NCBI RefSeq assembly: GCF_006345805.1
Contig: NC_043018.1
Coordinates: forward strand, 26,288,001-26,352,000
Direction of reading: 5' to 3'
DNA from: Octopus sinensis
Lineage: Eukaryota
DNA: 64,000 bases
Below, in pieces: positions 1 to 12,369 of this stretch. Position 1 is the stretch's first letter. Every line of letters starts with the position of its first letter. The notes under the pieces were generated by a model. The model did no database searches and had not been told where the DNA came from. It saw only the letters and a program-made list of their open reading frames with translations. A program made the position numbers and the translations under genes.

Positions 1-1293
1 GTCATTTTGTAATTGACGATGAATTGACGTCAGAGGAATATATCATGTAAATGATAATATGCCATTGAACTGGCAGTCACTTGGCTTCTTTGGGTTTTTT
101 TAATCTTTTTATTTTCTCTTCTTTTTTTTATTTATGCTTTAGTCAAGAGGGAAAGCAGTGCTTGTGGCCCTTCACAGAGCCTCTGAGATTGTGTTGGGAA
201 GGAGGACGTTATCCTCAAACTGGACATCTTTGTTTCAGTGCTTACAACAGAGTGGACTCTGCTGAAGTTGACCAGGATGCTAAGGAGAAAAAAAAAGTGA
301 AGTTAAATTCTTAAGCCATACCAACTCATTAGGGCTGGTTTCTTGGTTCCATGGCCTATATTTTCCCCACCTGGATGGGACGCCAGTCTCTCACAGGATT
401 ACTCATTTTTGCTTTGCTGAATGGACTGGAACTATGTGAAATGGAGTGTTTCACTCAAGAACATAACCCATCACCCTGTCCAGGAATTGAAACCACAATC
501 TTATGGCCACAAGTCCAACACCCTAACCACTAAGCCTTACACCTCCACCAAGGTGCCAATTGATGCCACTGAATCAGGCAACGGATTAAATCTCCCACCC
601 TTGCAAGTTAGTGCAGGATTTGAACTCAGAATTCTGACATCGCTTGACAACCAATGGTGGTGTGTTTACATCCCCATAACTTGGCAGTTCAGCAAAAGAG
701 ACCGATAGAATAAGTACTAGGCTTACAAAGAATAAGTCCTGAAAGTTTTGTCCACATCTGTCCAGCGGTTCTTGAGATGTCTTGTCCACAGACAAACAAA
801 CACAACTGAAAACAATACCTCCACCTTCGCTAAGGCGGAGGTAATAATAATAATATAATAATAATAATAATAATAAATTCATAATAGGTTTATGCATTTA
901 GAAAACATGTGTGGATTTCCTATCCATAATTCCACAGACAAAGATTCAAAAATAATCCACAACTTGGATTATAATCCTTTCAATACCCTAATTTCTCTTG
1001 CAGAGTATATATTTATGTCTCTGTAGATTCTGTGATTCAGACTCACCAAGGTCCACTTTGACTTTCAAGGGTTGGGTTCAACAAAATAAGCAAACGTTGG
1101 GGTTGATATGAATGGCAAGACCCCCTCCTCCTCCAAAATTTAAGGCATTGTGCTTGTGTTAGACTTGATTTTGGTCTGCAAAAACAAGATAAATACTTGA
1201 TGCCATAATTCACATCCACATGCTGCTAGTTCAATCCCTTTGCTTGGCACCTTAGTTAAGTGGTTTCTACCATAGTCTTACAATTCCTAATTA

Positions 1294-1794
1294 TCTTTAT
1301 ATATAAAAGTAAGGTTGTGTGTCTGTCTCCTACGATTTAGATTCCTAACTACTGCCACATTTTGCGGTGCAGTGTAACCAAAACCGGGTATCTTATAGTC
1401 GTGATTCATATCGAGCCCTTCTGGGTATTAGCGCGCGTCTACGATGTCTACGATTTTAAAAATAATTTACCATCAGTTTTTTCCATTTTAATGCATTTTT
1501 TTCGCTATTATATAAGGGAAGTAACTCTCTAAAAATGTCTATGATGAGTCAACGATTTTTAAAAAATTTACCATCATTTTTTTCCATTTCAATGCATTTT
1601 TTTCGCTATTATATAAGGGAAGTAACTCTCTAAAAATGTCTACGATGAGTCAACGATTTAAAAAAAAATTTACCATAATTTTTTTTCCATTTTTAATGCA
1701 TTTTTTTTTTGCTATTTTTTGGCTATAACTCTCTAAAAATGTTTATATAGTTATTTCCCTTATAAACCCAAGCAACGCCGGGCGATACTGCTAG
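1294..1794 (+). mobile_element. Non-autonomous Helitron with internal ~100-bp tandem repeats
   Basis: Starts TC after A (1293), ends CTAG (1791-1794) before T, i.e. an A|T target with no TSD. Imperfect subterminal hairpin CCCAAGCAACGCCGGG (1767-1782) lies 8 nt before CTAG. The 5' end reads TCTTTATATATAAAA. About three ~100-bp units at ~1440-1740. Confidence 0.8.
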
Positions 1795-1968
1795 TATTTA
1801 ATAATAGAAATATTTTTCTATCTTTTACTTGTTTCAGTCATTAAACTGTGGCCATGCTGGGGCACTGCTTTGAGGGATTTTTAGTGAAACTCAGTGCATT
1901 GTGAGTGGAATCATTGTAGATAGAATCACAATCTGTACAAAAATCCATCAAACATACACACACACACA

Positions 1969-2048
<80 letters not shown>

Positions 2049-2306
2049 GTGTGTTGTGTGTGTGTAATAAATATTTGTAAGTGTGCATGTAGCATATGTC
2101 TTGAGAAAATCAATAACCCAATCCCAATGTATTCAAGGAAAAATACCTTTGTAGTATTCATTCCACCCGAGTTGCACAGATGCTCTCCTTTGTCGTCACT
2201 CTCACATTGGAAATGCAATAAATGGGTGACTGAACCAAAGATGCAATATATATATATATATATATGTATATGTATATATGTATATATATGTATGTATTTA
2301 TGTATG

Positions 2307-2348
<42 letters not shown>

Positions 2349-2433
2349 TTGAACTCATAACTACAGTGTTTGCTGTGTCAGTAACAACATTATTAATATC
2401 AGGAAAGAAATGAACCGCATTTTGAATCTAAGA

Positions 2434-2478
<45 letters not shown>

Positions 2479-2904
2479 GGCTTGTTTATTGCCATCTTTG
2501 ACTATTCATAGCTGTTGGGTATTAAGAGTTGGTGATTCTTGGTGACATGCCGTAGAATAATTCCGTTGCACATGAATTTGTGGTTTGTTCCCAATCCTAA
2601 CCAAGCAGAACTTCACGCAATTTCTCTAGTTCTGTTTATTAAATTTACTTTGTGTTCTTCTGCGAAATTTTTCCTTCAACAAAAAGCTGAATGCAATTCT
2701 ACACCTTTTCATTGTATGTTGCAAAGTAAGCAGAAGAAATGCATGGTTCTTGCAGTACAACAGTCATTTAAACATGTGTTCCACTAATTATGGTTCTCTG
2801 CCACAGTTCTGAGGAACAAGGTCCCTTCCATTCCCCGCCCTCCCACGTACACTCCAGTGCAAGCATGGGCAATCTTTAGTAAGAAGTGAGCTACATGAGA
2901 CATT

Positions 2905-3321
2905 TATTTCTTTACTGCCCACAAGGGGTTAAACATAGAGGGGACAAACAAGGACAGACAAACGGATTAAGTCGATTACATCGACCCCAGTGTGTAACTG
3001 GTACTTTATTAATCGACCCCGAAAGGATGAAAGGTAAAGTCGACCTCGGCGAAATTTGAACTCAGAAAGTAAAGACGGACGAAATACTTATTTCTTTACT
3101 ACCAACAAGGGGCTAAACACAGAGGGGACAAATAAGGACAGACAAACGGATTAAGTCGATTACGTCGACCCCAGTGCATAACTGGTACTTTATTTATCGA
3201 CCCTGAAAGGATGAAAGGCAAAGTCGACCTCGGCGGAATTTGAACTCAGAACATAACGACAGACGAAATACTGCTAAGCATTTCGCCCGGCATGCTAACG
3301 TTTCTGCCAGCTCGCCACCTT
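2905..3321 (-). mobile_element. Two tandem Deu/Nin-domain-type SINE copies (2905-3087 5'-truncated; 3089-3321 near full length)
   Basis: The minus strand reads AAGGTGGCGAGCTGGCAGAAACGTTAGC...GTTCTGAGTTCAAATTCCGCCGAGGTCGACTTTGCCTTTCATCCTTTC(A/G)GGGTCGATAAA...AGTACCAGTT. That central motif resembles the Deu/Nin SINE domain from memory. Many copies occur in the window. Confidence 0.8.
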
Positions 3322-4061
3322 TAGAATAATTCCGTTATACATGAATTTGTGGTTTGTTCCCACATTGCTTACCATCAGGTGTGCTGCACACCTAAATGAA
3401 TTCAAGGTAAATTGGCATTAGGTATGCCATTCAGAATGTCCTGTGGACTGCAGTTTACCCATGAATGCTCAAGAGCCGGGGTCACAACTGAGGTCCATGT
3501 GGCCCTTGAGGATCCACATGAGATCTTGTTGCTAAGATTTATGCCCAAGAATTTGGTTATACTTCTGGCATTCGGTCAGTTAGAGTTCGTGTTCCAGTTG
3601 ATCAGATCAACTGGAAAATCCCTGCTTGTAAAATTAATGCAAAAGTGGCTGAGCACTCCATTGACATACATACCCTTAGTATAATTCTTGGGGAGATTCG
3701 GCATGACACAGAATATGACAAAGCCAGCCCTTTGAATTACAGGTATTTATCAATTTTGCCAGCTGAATGGACTGGAGCAGTGAGCAATAAAGTGTCTTGT
3801 CCAAGGATATAATGTGCCGCTTTGCAATATATCTATTCCAGCTTTATACATTCTGGGATCAAATCCTACTTCCTGTCAGCAAGAATATCAAAAAGCAAAT
3901 AGAAAAAGAAAAAAAAAATATTGATGCTTCTGTCAGGAGCTGGTACGGAGAGATAGCATCAACAATTAAAACACAAAAAATGGAAATATAATTGCTGTGG
4001 TTTGATTGGAAGATTCGCAGTGATATGATGTGTTGCCATATGTTCTAGCAAAGAAAGCAGA

Positions 4062-4138
4062 ATAATAATAATAATAACAATAATAATAATAATAAAACAA
4101 TAATAATAATAACAATAATAATAATAATAATAACAATG

Positions 4139-4169
<31 letters not shown>

Positions 4170-4289
4170 TGATAATAATAATAACAATGATAATAATAAT
4201 AATGATAATAATAATAACAATGATAATAATAACAATGATAATAATAATAATAATAACAATGATATAATAATAATAATAATAATAATAAA
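4062..4289. repeat. (AAT)n / AATAAC / AATGAT compound microsatellite
   Basis: Read directly; it explains the poly-L and poly-I ORFs here. Confidence 0.95.
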
Positions 4290-4565
4290 AGAAATAAATG
4301 TATGGAACTGTGTCAGTTAATATGTATACTGAAACCAGCATCAGATTTAGATTACTGGAATCATTCTGTGACAGTTCTAACTGAAAGAAGTGGTAATCTT
4401 AATTCCAAAGATAATCTATGAAAATGATACAAATTATTACAGAATTGGATCATTTTGAATTTATATCGTAGACCAGATAAAGGAGGATTATTTTGTTCGT
4501 GCATATGTCTGTGTTTGTGTGTTTGTTTGCTTTTGCTTAGAATATCATTATCATCATCATCATCA

Positions 4566-4599
<34 letters not shown>

Positions 4600-4896
4600 G
4601 TTTTCTACATCACCAATCTGTCAAATGCATTAATCTTAATCATGTAATATTGATTTAAAGCTACCATGTAAAGCATATTTTAAATATGAGCCAACGAGGG
4701 AAACGTCTGTTCAGTTGCTCAGGCTGCTGCTAAAAATAACAGCCAGATCTCCTCTCATATGATACCTTACTATTTTAAATTGAAGGCGATATGTGTTGAA
4801 CCTTGTAGTGTTACATAGTCCTTACAAAAAGTGGGATACTTCTCAGCTGAAGTGGGTCTCATCATAAATCTGCTTGATTGCAGTTCACCACGTGCA

Positions 4897-5280
4897 ACCC
4901 TTTTGTTACCGTATTTTTTCTCAAAACACATCACTTGGAAATAAAGAATTTAGTAAAATAACTTTACCCATTATTAAGGTGGTGTTTGAATCATAAACTG
5001 ACTCGAAACTTTGTCAGAAGATCTTAATTTAAATCCCTTTTTTTGCCATATTTCTGATGTTCCAATTAATTTTTGAAATAATGAGGAAGTTAGTAAAACA
5101 ATTTTGCCATTATTCAACTGGTGTTTGGGACATAAAATTCAAATGAAACCTTGATTGAAAGTTTTCATTTAGGTTACTTTAAGCCTTTTCTTACCATATT
5201 TTTAATGAAATACACTGCTTTTGTTCCAATTAATTTTTGAAATAATGAGAAGTTAGTAAAACAATTTTGCCATTAAATTA
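4897..5280. mobile_element. Three partial TTAA-MITE modules in tandem
   Basis: TIR-like CCCTTTT(G/T)TTACC(G/A)TATT starts at ~4897, ~5035 and ~5183. Each is followed by internal sequence related to the MITEs at 10.1-10.6 kb and 39.2-39.9 kb. Confidence 0.55.
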
Positions 5281-6032
5281 GTTGAAAACAAGATGATGGT
5301 AACGAGTTCCAGAGAGCAGCAGTTCAAGGAAAGAGACTATTAGAAAAAGAGGATTTAAGCCTGTTTTTTAACATTAACATGGATTAGATGGAGGTAGAGT
5401 TTTTACAATTGGCTGCCTTTCATGTTATCAACCCCTTTAGTTATTTTTTATGAATCATAGGGACACAATATTTACACACTCATAAGGCCAGAGCTCATCT
5501 GAATTTCTAAGGGGTTTAGGCTGCGAGCACCAGTTTGTTGTAGCGTTAACCCCTGGTGCCACTGGTTCTCAAGTTTAAGCTGAAGTGCACTGGAGCAATG
5601 TGAAATGAAGTACCTTGCTCAAGGATTCAATGTGTTGCTTGATTGGAGGATTGAACCCATGACTTTATACTGATGAACCTGTTACTCCCACCACAAGGCC
5701 ATGCACAAAAGGACATAACGTACCTATTCTGAAACCAGGAATCTTGTGGTACTTCTGGCCTCTTATACTAGTCCATTAAGGTGGTGGGGCACAGAAAGTG
5801 CTTTTTCATCACCACCACCAACATCATCTTCATCATTATCATGACAAACATAATCTTTATTGCTACCTCCACTATCATCATCATCATCATCGTCTATATT
5901 ATAGTAATCGCAGTTCCCCCATTGCGGTTCACCTATCACGGTTTATTATTTAAGCTCACGTCAATTCCCCTGTGGTGTTGTTTTGCATATATAATAAAAT
6001 AAATACATACAAATTATAAAAATAATAAAAAT

Positions 6033-6433
6033 AGTGGCTGTGTGGTAAGTAGTTTGCTTGCCAACCACATGGTTCCGGGTTCAGTCCTACTGTGTGGCAC
6101 CTTGAGCAAGTGTCTTCTACTATAGCCTCGGGCCGACCAAAGCCTTGTGAGTAGATTTGGTAGATGGAAACTGAAAGAAGCCCGTTGTATATATATATAT
6201 ATATATATATATGTGCATGTGTGTTTGTGTGTCTGTGTTTGTCCCCCTAGCGTTGCTTGACAACCGATGCTGGTGTGTTTATGTCCCCGTTACTTAGCGG
6301 TTCGGCAAAAGAAACCGATAGAATAAGTACTGGGCTTACAAAAGAATAAGTCCCGGGGTCGATTTGCTCGATTAAAGGTGGTGCTCCAGCATGGCCGCAG
6401 TCAAATGACTGAAACAAGTAAAAGAGTAAAGAG
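6033..6433 (+). mobile_element. Full-length tRNA-derived CORE-type SINE (OR-like octopus SINE) with internal (TA)/(TG) tract
   Basis: A-box-like TGGCTGTGTGG and B-box-like GGGTTCAGTCC, then the CORE-like GGCACCTTGAGCAAGTGTCTTC, with a 3' tail AAGTAAAAGAGTAAAGAG. Related copies or fragments at 11841-12240, 18527-18690(-), 22583-22745, 23172-23325(-), 48595-48775, 49258-49649(-) and 53945-54840. Confidence 0.85.
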
Positions 6434-6713
6434 TATACAGTACAGTACTGTTTCTACTTCGTGGATTTTCACTCACCACGGGGTGGGGCTGGAATGGAAC
6501 ACCCACGATTGTCAGGAGATTAATATATTATCATCACCTATATCATCAGCATCACCATCATCATCATTGTTGTTGTCGTTGTCGTCTCCACCACCCCCAT
6601 CATTCCTTAGATCATTTTAAAATGGTGTCACAATGCAAATGGTCTATAACTTGTGCCTAAAGCTATAATCATTTCCCTCTATTTTTCATTTTTCTTTCCT
6701 TTTAATATTTCAG

Positions 6714-6743
6714 TTGTTCCAATGAAGAAGGAGACTATAACAG
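6714..6743 (+). CDS. Candidate 30-nt coding microexon A (phase 2/2), peptide CSNEEGDYN
   Basis: Long pyrimidine tract 6672-6703, acceptor TTTCAG (AG 6712-6713), donor AG|GTCAGT (6744). The frame-preserving exon is open and paralogous to 27562-27594. Confidence 0.65.
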
Positions 6744-6758
6744 GTCAGTATTCATCAT

Positions 6759-6817
<59 letters not shown>

Positions 6818-7269
6818 CTATACTTTCTTTATAATTATTTTTTGCTATACTTAATAATAATAATAATAATAATAATAATATTAATTTAATGATTATATAC
6901 ATATATATAATTATTTTAAAGGAAAAAGTCAAAACAAGCCTTATCTCCTCCATACTGAATTAATGTCCAAGCATTATGAAGCTGCCGAAAAAACTCCATA
7001 AATACATGTGACTAAAATAGTCATATATATATATCATTATTAATTTAATATATAAATTGCTTTTTTCCATGCTGACCATGATTTTTATTCTTATTTTATA
7101 AATAATAATAATAATAATAACAGCAATAATAATAATAACTAGTAATGGCTTCTTGTGTAGGCACAGGATTTGAAATTTGGGAGTGGCATAGGGACTGGTT
7201 GATTACACCACCCTGGTACTTTATTTCATCGACCCCTGAAAGGATGTAAAGCAAAGCTGATCTCTACGG

Positions 7270-7530
7270 CAGGTGGCGCTGGCATCATCCATGTTCAGAT
7301 GGTGCTTTTTACATGCCACTGGCACGGGTAACTTAACTACAATTTCCATTTGATTTTTATTTTGATGTTGGTGTTGACGTACTTCACTCAATAGGTCTCC
7401 TCAAGAACATTGGTTAGCAAGATCCAAGGTTAGCACAGCAGGCCGTCCTGTGAGCCATGAACTCACTTCATTTGTCGGGTCTTCACAGTCACAGCATATC
7501 TCAGAGGTCTAGGTCTTCATCATTTCCTCT
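7270..7530 (-). mobile_element. RTE-clade LINE 3' fragment (decayed ORF2 C-terminus plus 3'UTR)
   Basis: The minus strand gives a frameshifted GLTEEM..DL.RYAVTVKTRQMK*, like the RTE C-terminal DRxxWRxxV motif, followed by UTR carrying GGCATGTAAAAAGCACC. Confidence 0.55.
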
Positions 7531-7538
7531 GTGAGGCC

Positions 7539-7540
<2 letters not shown>

Positions 7541-7574
<34 letters not shown>

Positions 7575-7823
7575 GTAATAATAATGCTAATAATAATAGC
7601 AATAATAATGATAATAATAATAGCAATAATAATGATAATAATAATAATAATGATAATAATAATAATAATGATAATAGCAATAATAATGATAATAATAATA
7701 ATAATATAATAATAATAATGATAATCATAATAATAATAATAATAGTAATAATAATAATTACAATAATAATAGTAATAATCGTAATAATAATAATAATAGT
7801 AATAATAATAATAATAATAATAA
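7541..7823. repeat. (AAT)n compound microsatellite
   Basis: Read directly. Confidence 0.95.
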
Positions 7824-9459
7824 TAGCAGTCCTTTCTACTTAAGGCACGAGTCCTGATATTCGGGGGTGGGGGAGTGGTGATTAGTTGATAACATCAACC
7901 CCATTATTTCACTGGTACTTAATTTATTGACCCTGAAAGTATGAAAGGCAAAGTTGACCTTGGCAGCATTTGAACTCAGAACGTAAAGACAGACGAAATG
8001 CCACTAAACATTTCACCTGGCTTGCTAACGATTCTGCCAGCTCACCACCTTAATGATAACAATAATAATAATTGCTCTGCCAAAAAACAAAAAAAAACAA
8101 ACAAACCACTTGTTCACTGATATGTTATTGTGTGAGACTAGTTCGCAACATTTAAACACTGTTCATTGCCAACGTGCTCAACTACTCTCCGTTACACAAT
8201 TTCTATACCTGTGTGTGTTTTATTTCTCTTTGAGAAACAAAATCGGGTTTGTTTGATTCTTTTTTTTTTTTTGTTTTATTGTCTGTTTTTTTTTCTGCAC
8301 TTTTGTTTGTTTATTTGTTTGATCTCGTTTCGAAAAATATAAACAACGAACGAACAAACAAAATAACAAACAAAATAACATCTCTTTTTTTTTTTTCTAC
8401 CGGTTTATTTTTGGTGTAACAACCTTGTTAAATTGAGAATATATGAATCATAATTTATGTAAGAAGGAAATATTTTTCGTTAGGAATTATTAAAATGGCT
8501 TAAAAGAAAGAAAGAAAGAAAGAGAGAGGGGGAGAGGGAGGAGAAAAGGAAGGAATGAAAGAAAGAAGAACAAAAATAACGAGTAATTGGATTAGAATTT
8601 TTCACCAAAAAATAGTCTTTCTTTCTTTCTTGTTCTTACAATGGATTGACTGATGTGCAACTTATTGTTCCTGGGAAGAATAAAAGGAATGGTGCAGCAG
8701 CAGTACCGTTTTTTATTCTATTTTATGTTTTTTTTTTCATTTTTTTAAATTTTATTTTCGCTTTACTTTTTTACTCTCAAAATAGTTCTGTATGTATGAC
8801 TATTGGGAAGCAGCTATTTAAATGGGAAAGGGGAAAAAAAGCAAAAAAAAAACAAAAAGAAATGGCAGTTGAGATAGCAGGTAACAATTCTATGTCGCTT
8901 TGTCTCTTTCTTTCTCCTTCTCTCTCTCCCCCCCTCTCTCTCTCTCTCGCTTTTTCTCTCTCATATTTTCTGTCGTTTTTTTTTATTCTGTTGTGTGTCT
9001 TTTGGGTTAAGTCATCATTTAGACAGCAGGTAACATCTCTCTCTCTCTCTCTCTCTTCTCACTCTCTTTCTCTCTCACTTTCTATTTATATCTGTTTTAA
9101 GTTAAAGGACTTAAGAGAGAAAAACCAAATCTCTCACTCTCTCTCTCTCTTTCTCTATTTTCAATTCTGTACCTTATATCAATTATATCATCGTTTAGAC
9201 AGCAGATAATGTCTCTCTCTCTCTCTCTCTCTCTCTCGCTCCCTCCCCTTCTTCTCCTTTTCCCTTTTTTCCCCTTTCTCTCCGACAAAAACTCACATGC
9301 CACATACTTTCTTCCTCTCTATTTCTCTCTCTCTCTCTTCTCTATTCTGTACCTCACTGCATCATTAAAATAGCAAGCAACACCTCTCTCTCTCTCTCTT
9401 GTTTTCTCCTGTCTGTCTGTCTGCCTCTCTCTCTTCTCTGTGGTACATGTCTTTTTGAG

Positions 9460-9559
9460 ATGGTATCATCATCATCATCATCATTGGTTTCTGCTGTGTG
9501 TTTGGGAGTCAAAACACTGCATGATGTTCTGAAGAAAATTCATCGGAGGTCGATAAACG
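9460..9559 (+). CDS. Candidate alternative first coding exon, MVSSSSSSLVSAVCLGVKTLHDVLKKIHRRSIN(G)
   Basis: ATG at 9460, frame open to donor ACG|GTAAAG (9560, phase 1). It lies in a SINE-free island with long CT tracts typical of 5'UTRs. It is not phase-compatible with the next candidate exon (phase 2), so an intervening exon or another donor would be needed. Confidence 0.3.
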
Positions 9560-9888
9560 GTAAAGAAATTAAGGAATAAAAGACTAAAACGAGGTAAATT
9601 CGTTGCTAAGATTTGTTTTGCCCTAAATTTCTTGTTAATTAAATATCTCTCTCTCTCTCTCTCTCTCCTTCCCTTCTCCTTCTTTCTCCTCTTCTCTATC
9701 TCTCCCACAGTCATTCCTCCTCTCTCTCTCGTTCACTTCTTTTTATATCTCCTCTCTTTCTCGCAAAAACATTAGAGGGAAAAAATCTGGGCTTTTCATT
9801 AAAAAAAGCTTATGTTTGGTACATATCCATGTTTTGATTGTTTAAAAACAGTTAAGCGCATCCACATGCATGCACACACACACACACA

Positions 9889-9930
<42 letters not shown>

Positions 9931-10143
9931 CACACAGGGGCATGTGAACACCACTTGGTTGAATGATTAAGCAGGTTGCTTAGCAATAATAAAATTCTAA
10001 GACTCAATCTTATCTAAGCATTATCTTAGGCCAGAAATGATTGTTTTACCATAAACCTCAAGTTTACTGAAGTCTTTTGCGAGAAACTTGGTTGATAAGA
10101 TGGCAACTCTGTGGAGAACCAAAGGATGGATTGTCCCTGTAAT

Positions 10144-10637
10144 TTAACTCTTTTCGTACCAACCAATCTGAGACCAGCCCTGGTGGCATGATACAGAATT
10201 CCAATTTTAAAATGATCTAAACTAAAATCTTCTGTCAAAATGCCATGTGAATTCATGTCCCAAGAACCAGCTTAATAATGACAATTACTTTACTAAATTC
10301 TTTATATGGTAACTAAAGGGTTAAAGTGATCTAAATTATAGCCATCCATCAAAATTTCCTGTTAATTTATGTCCCAGACACCAGCTTAACAATAACACTT
10401 ACTTAACTAAATTTTTCATTAATTGAAACAATGGCTGTGTATTTCAACAAAAATATGGTAACTAAAGGTTAAAGTGATCTAAATTATAAACATTCCATCA
10501 AGATTCCATATTGATTTATGTTTCAAACACCAGCTTAATGCCGACGAAGTTATTTTGTTGAATTCTTCGCTGTTTCCAAAATTAATTGAAACAATGCTGA
10601 TGCATTTCAACAGAAGTATGGTATCGAAAGGGTTAAA
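10144..10637. mobile_element. TTAA-MITE followed by two extra 3'-half modules
   Basis: TTAACTCTTTTCGTACC start. Three successive ends read ATATGGTAACTAAAGGGTTAA, ATATGGTAACTAAAGGTTAA and GTATGGTATCGAAAGGGTTAA; the first two continue into AGTGATCTAAATT. Confidence 0.6.
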
Positions 10638-10804
10638 GGTCCAGCCTTGTCACATGCCAATTCCAACTGGGAATTATGTTAAGAGTGCATGTCTCTATGT
10701 GGGATTCCCAGTCGGTTCCACACTAAAGAGCTGCGAGTTCTGTCAATCAAACAACTGAACACTAATTGTTCAAACTGACAGAAATCCATTTGCAGGTATG
10801 CTAT

Positions 10805-10842
<38 letters not shown>

Positions 10843-11205
10843 GCATATATGCATGCTATGTTCACAGACATATACACTTGCATGTGTGCATTGTATGTAT
10901 GCATGTACACACAAACTTGTGCATTTTATACACACATGCATGTGTGTGTTCTTTGTATGCATATACACACATACATGCATGTGTGCATTTTATGCGCACA
11001 CTTGCACACATGCATGTGTGTGTTCTATGTATGCATATACACACATATAGGCATTGCTGTGTGCACATACATGCTTACTATGTACATGCACATATGCAGC
11101 ATACACACATGCATGTGTACAGCTAGTTATGTGCACATGTGTGCATTCTATGTGCACATGTAGTATTGCATGTGCACATAGTGTGCACATGATATACACA
11201 TACAT
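10805..11205. repeat. Alternating purine-pyrimidine (CA/TG/TGCA) low-complexity tract
   Basis: (CA)n followed by repeated ACACATGCATGTGTG-like self-complementary motifs. Confidence 0.85.
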
Positions 11206-11209
11206 GTAT

Positions 11210-11512
11210 GGAGGCACATGTCCTAGTGGTTAGAGCAGAGGACTAGCGGTCGAGGGATCGCAGGTTCGAATCTCAGACCGGGCGATGTGTGTGTTTATGA
11301 GCAAAACACCTAATCTCCTCATGGTTCCAGCAGAAGGTAATGGCGAACTTCTGCTGACTCTTTCGCCACAACTTTCTCTTACTCTTTCCTCCTGCATCTT
11401 GCAGCTCACCTTCGACGGACCGGCGTTCCATCAAGGTGGGGAACCTATACGCCAAGGAAACCGGGAAACTGCCACTTATGAGCCAGGTGTGGCTCGAGAA
11501 GGAACAAACAAA
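11210..11512 (+). mobile_element. tRNA-headed SINE with a tail resembling the Meta/MESC domain
   Basis: Head GGAGGCACATGTCCTAGTGGTTAGAGC...GGTTCGAATC (A and B boxes), tail GACGGACCGGCGTTCCATCAAGG...GGAAACCGGGAAAC, end GAACAAACAA. A second copy lies at ~40296-40587. The domain name is recalled, not verified. Confidence 0.75.
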
Positions 11513-12369
11513 ATCATGCATGTGTGCATATGTATGTGTGTAGGTAATTAACTTAGATTTCTGACTTTATGGAAACAAAATGCAACAAACAGCCTAAACA
11601 TAACATAATGGTTTCACACTGGCTTGAAGAACTCAGGGTTTATTAAGGGTTTATTTTTTTATTTTTGCTTTCTTGGTGTGGGAGGATGTAGTTGATCATC
11701 TTGATGTCATTACAGCACCAGTATGTTGGTGCTTTACGATTTTTAACAACCTGCAGAACAGTGTAGGACAAAGTTGACGCTTATGTGATTTCCACTCAGA
11801 GAGGAAATACCCATAGCTAAATACTTAGACATCTTGATTTCATGGCTGTGTGATAAGAAGCTTGCTTCCCAACCACGTGATTCAGGGTTCAGTCCCACAG
11901 CATGGCACCTTGGGCAAGTGTCTTCAACTATAGCTTCAGGCCAACCAAAGCTTTATAAGTGGATTTGGTAGGCGGAAACTGAAAGAAGCCCATTATTTAT
12001 CTGTATCTATGTATTTGTGCGTATGTTTGTGTCTATTTTTGTCCCCTCACAACTGCTTGACAACCTGCACTGGTGTGTTTATGTCCCTTTAAATTAGTGG
12101 TTTGGCAGGAGAGACTGATAGAATAAGATCCAAGCTTGACTAAAAACAAGTACAGGGGGTCAGTATATTTGACGAAAAATTCTTCATGCTGGTGCCCCAG
12201 CATGGCCACAGTTTAATGATTGAGACAAATAAAAGATGAATACTTTACTATGTCTACCAATGTAACTTATATTAATTATTTAGCATTCATTTAATTGAAT
12301 CAAATGTAATGCTTATTTATTCATTTTGTTTTGAATTAATCAGAAGCACTCAGTCCTATCTGTAGAAGG

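Noticed and set aside
3-46. Possible exon end HFVIDDELTSEEYI with donor AT|GTAAAT (phase 2, compatible with microexon A)
   Set aside because: Truncated by the window edge, the donor is mediocre, and the acceptor cannot be seen.
239-296. Possible exon AYNRVDSAEVDQDAKEKKK after TTTCAG
   Set aside because: The donor AAA|GTGAAG is weak and the phase does not fit the next candidate exon.
11210-11280. tRNA genes at SINE heads
   Set aside because: A and B boxes are present but the sequences run into SINE bodies and lack a complete acceptor stem.
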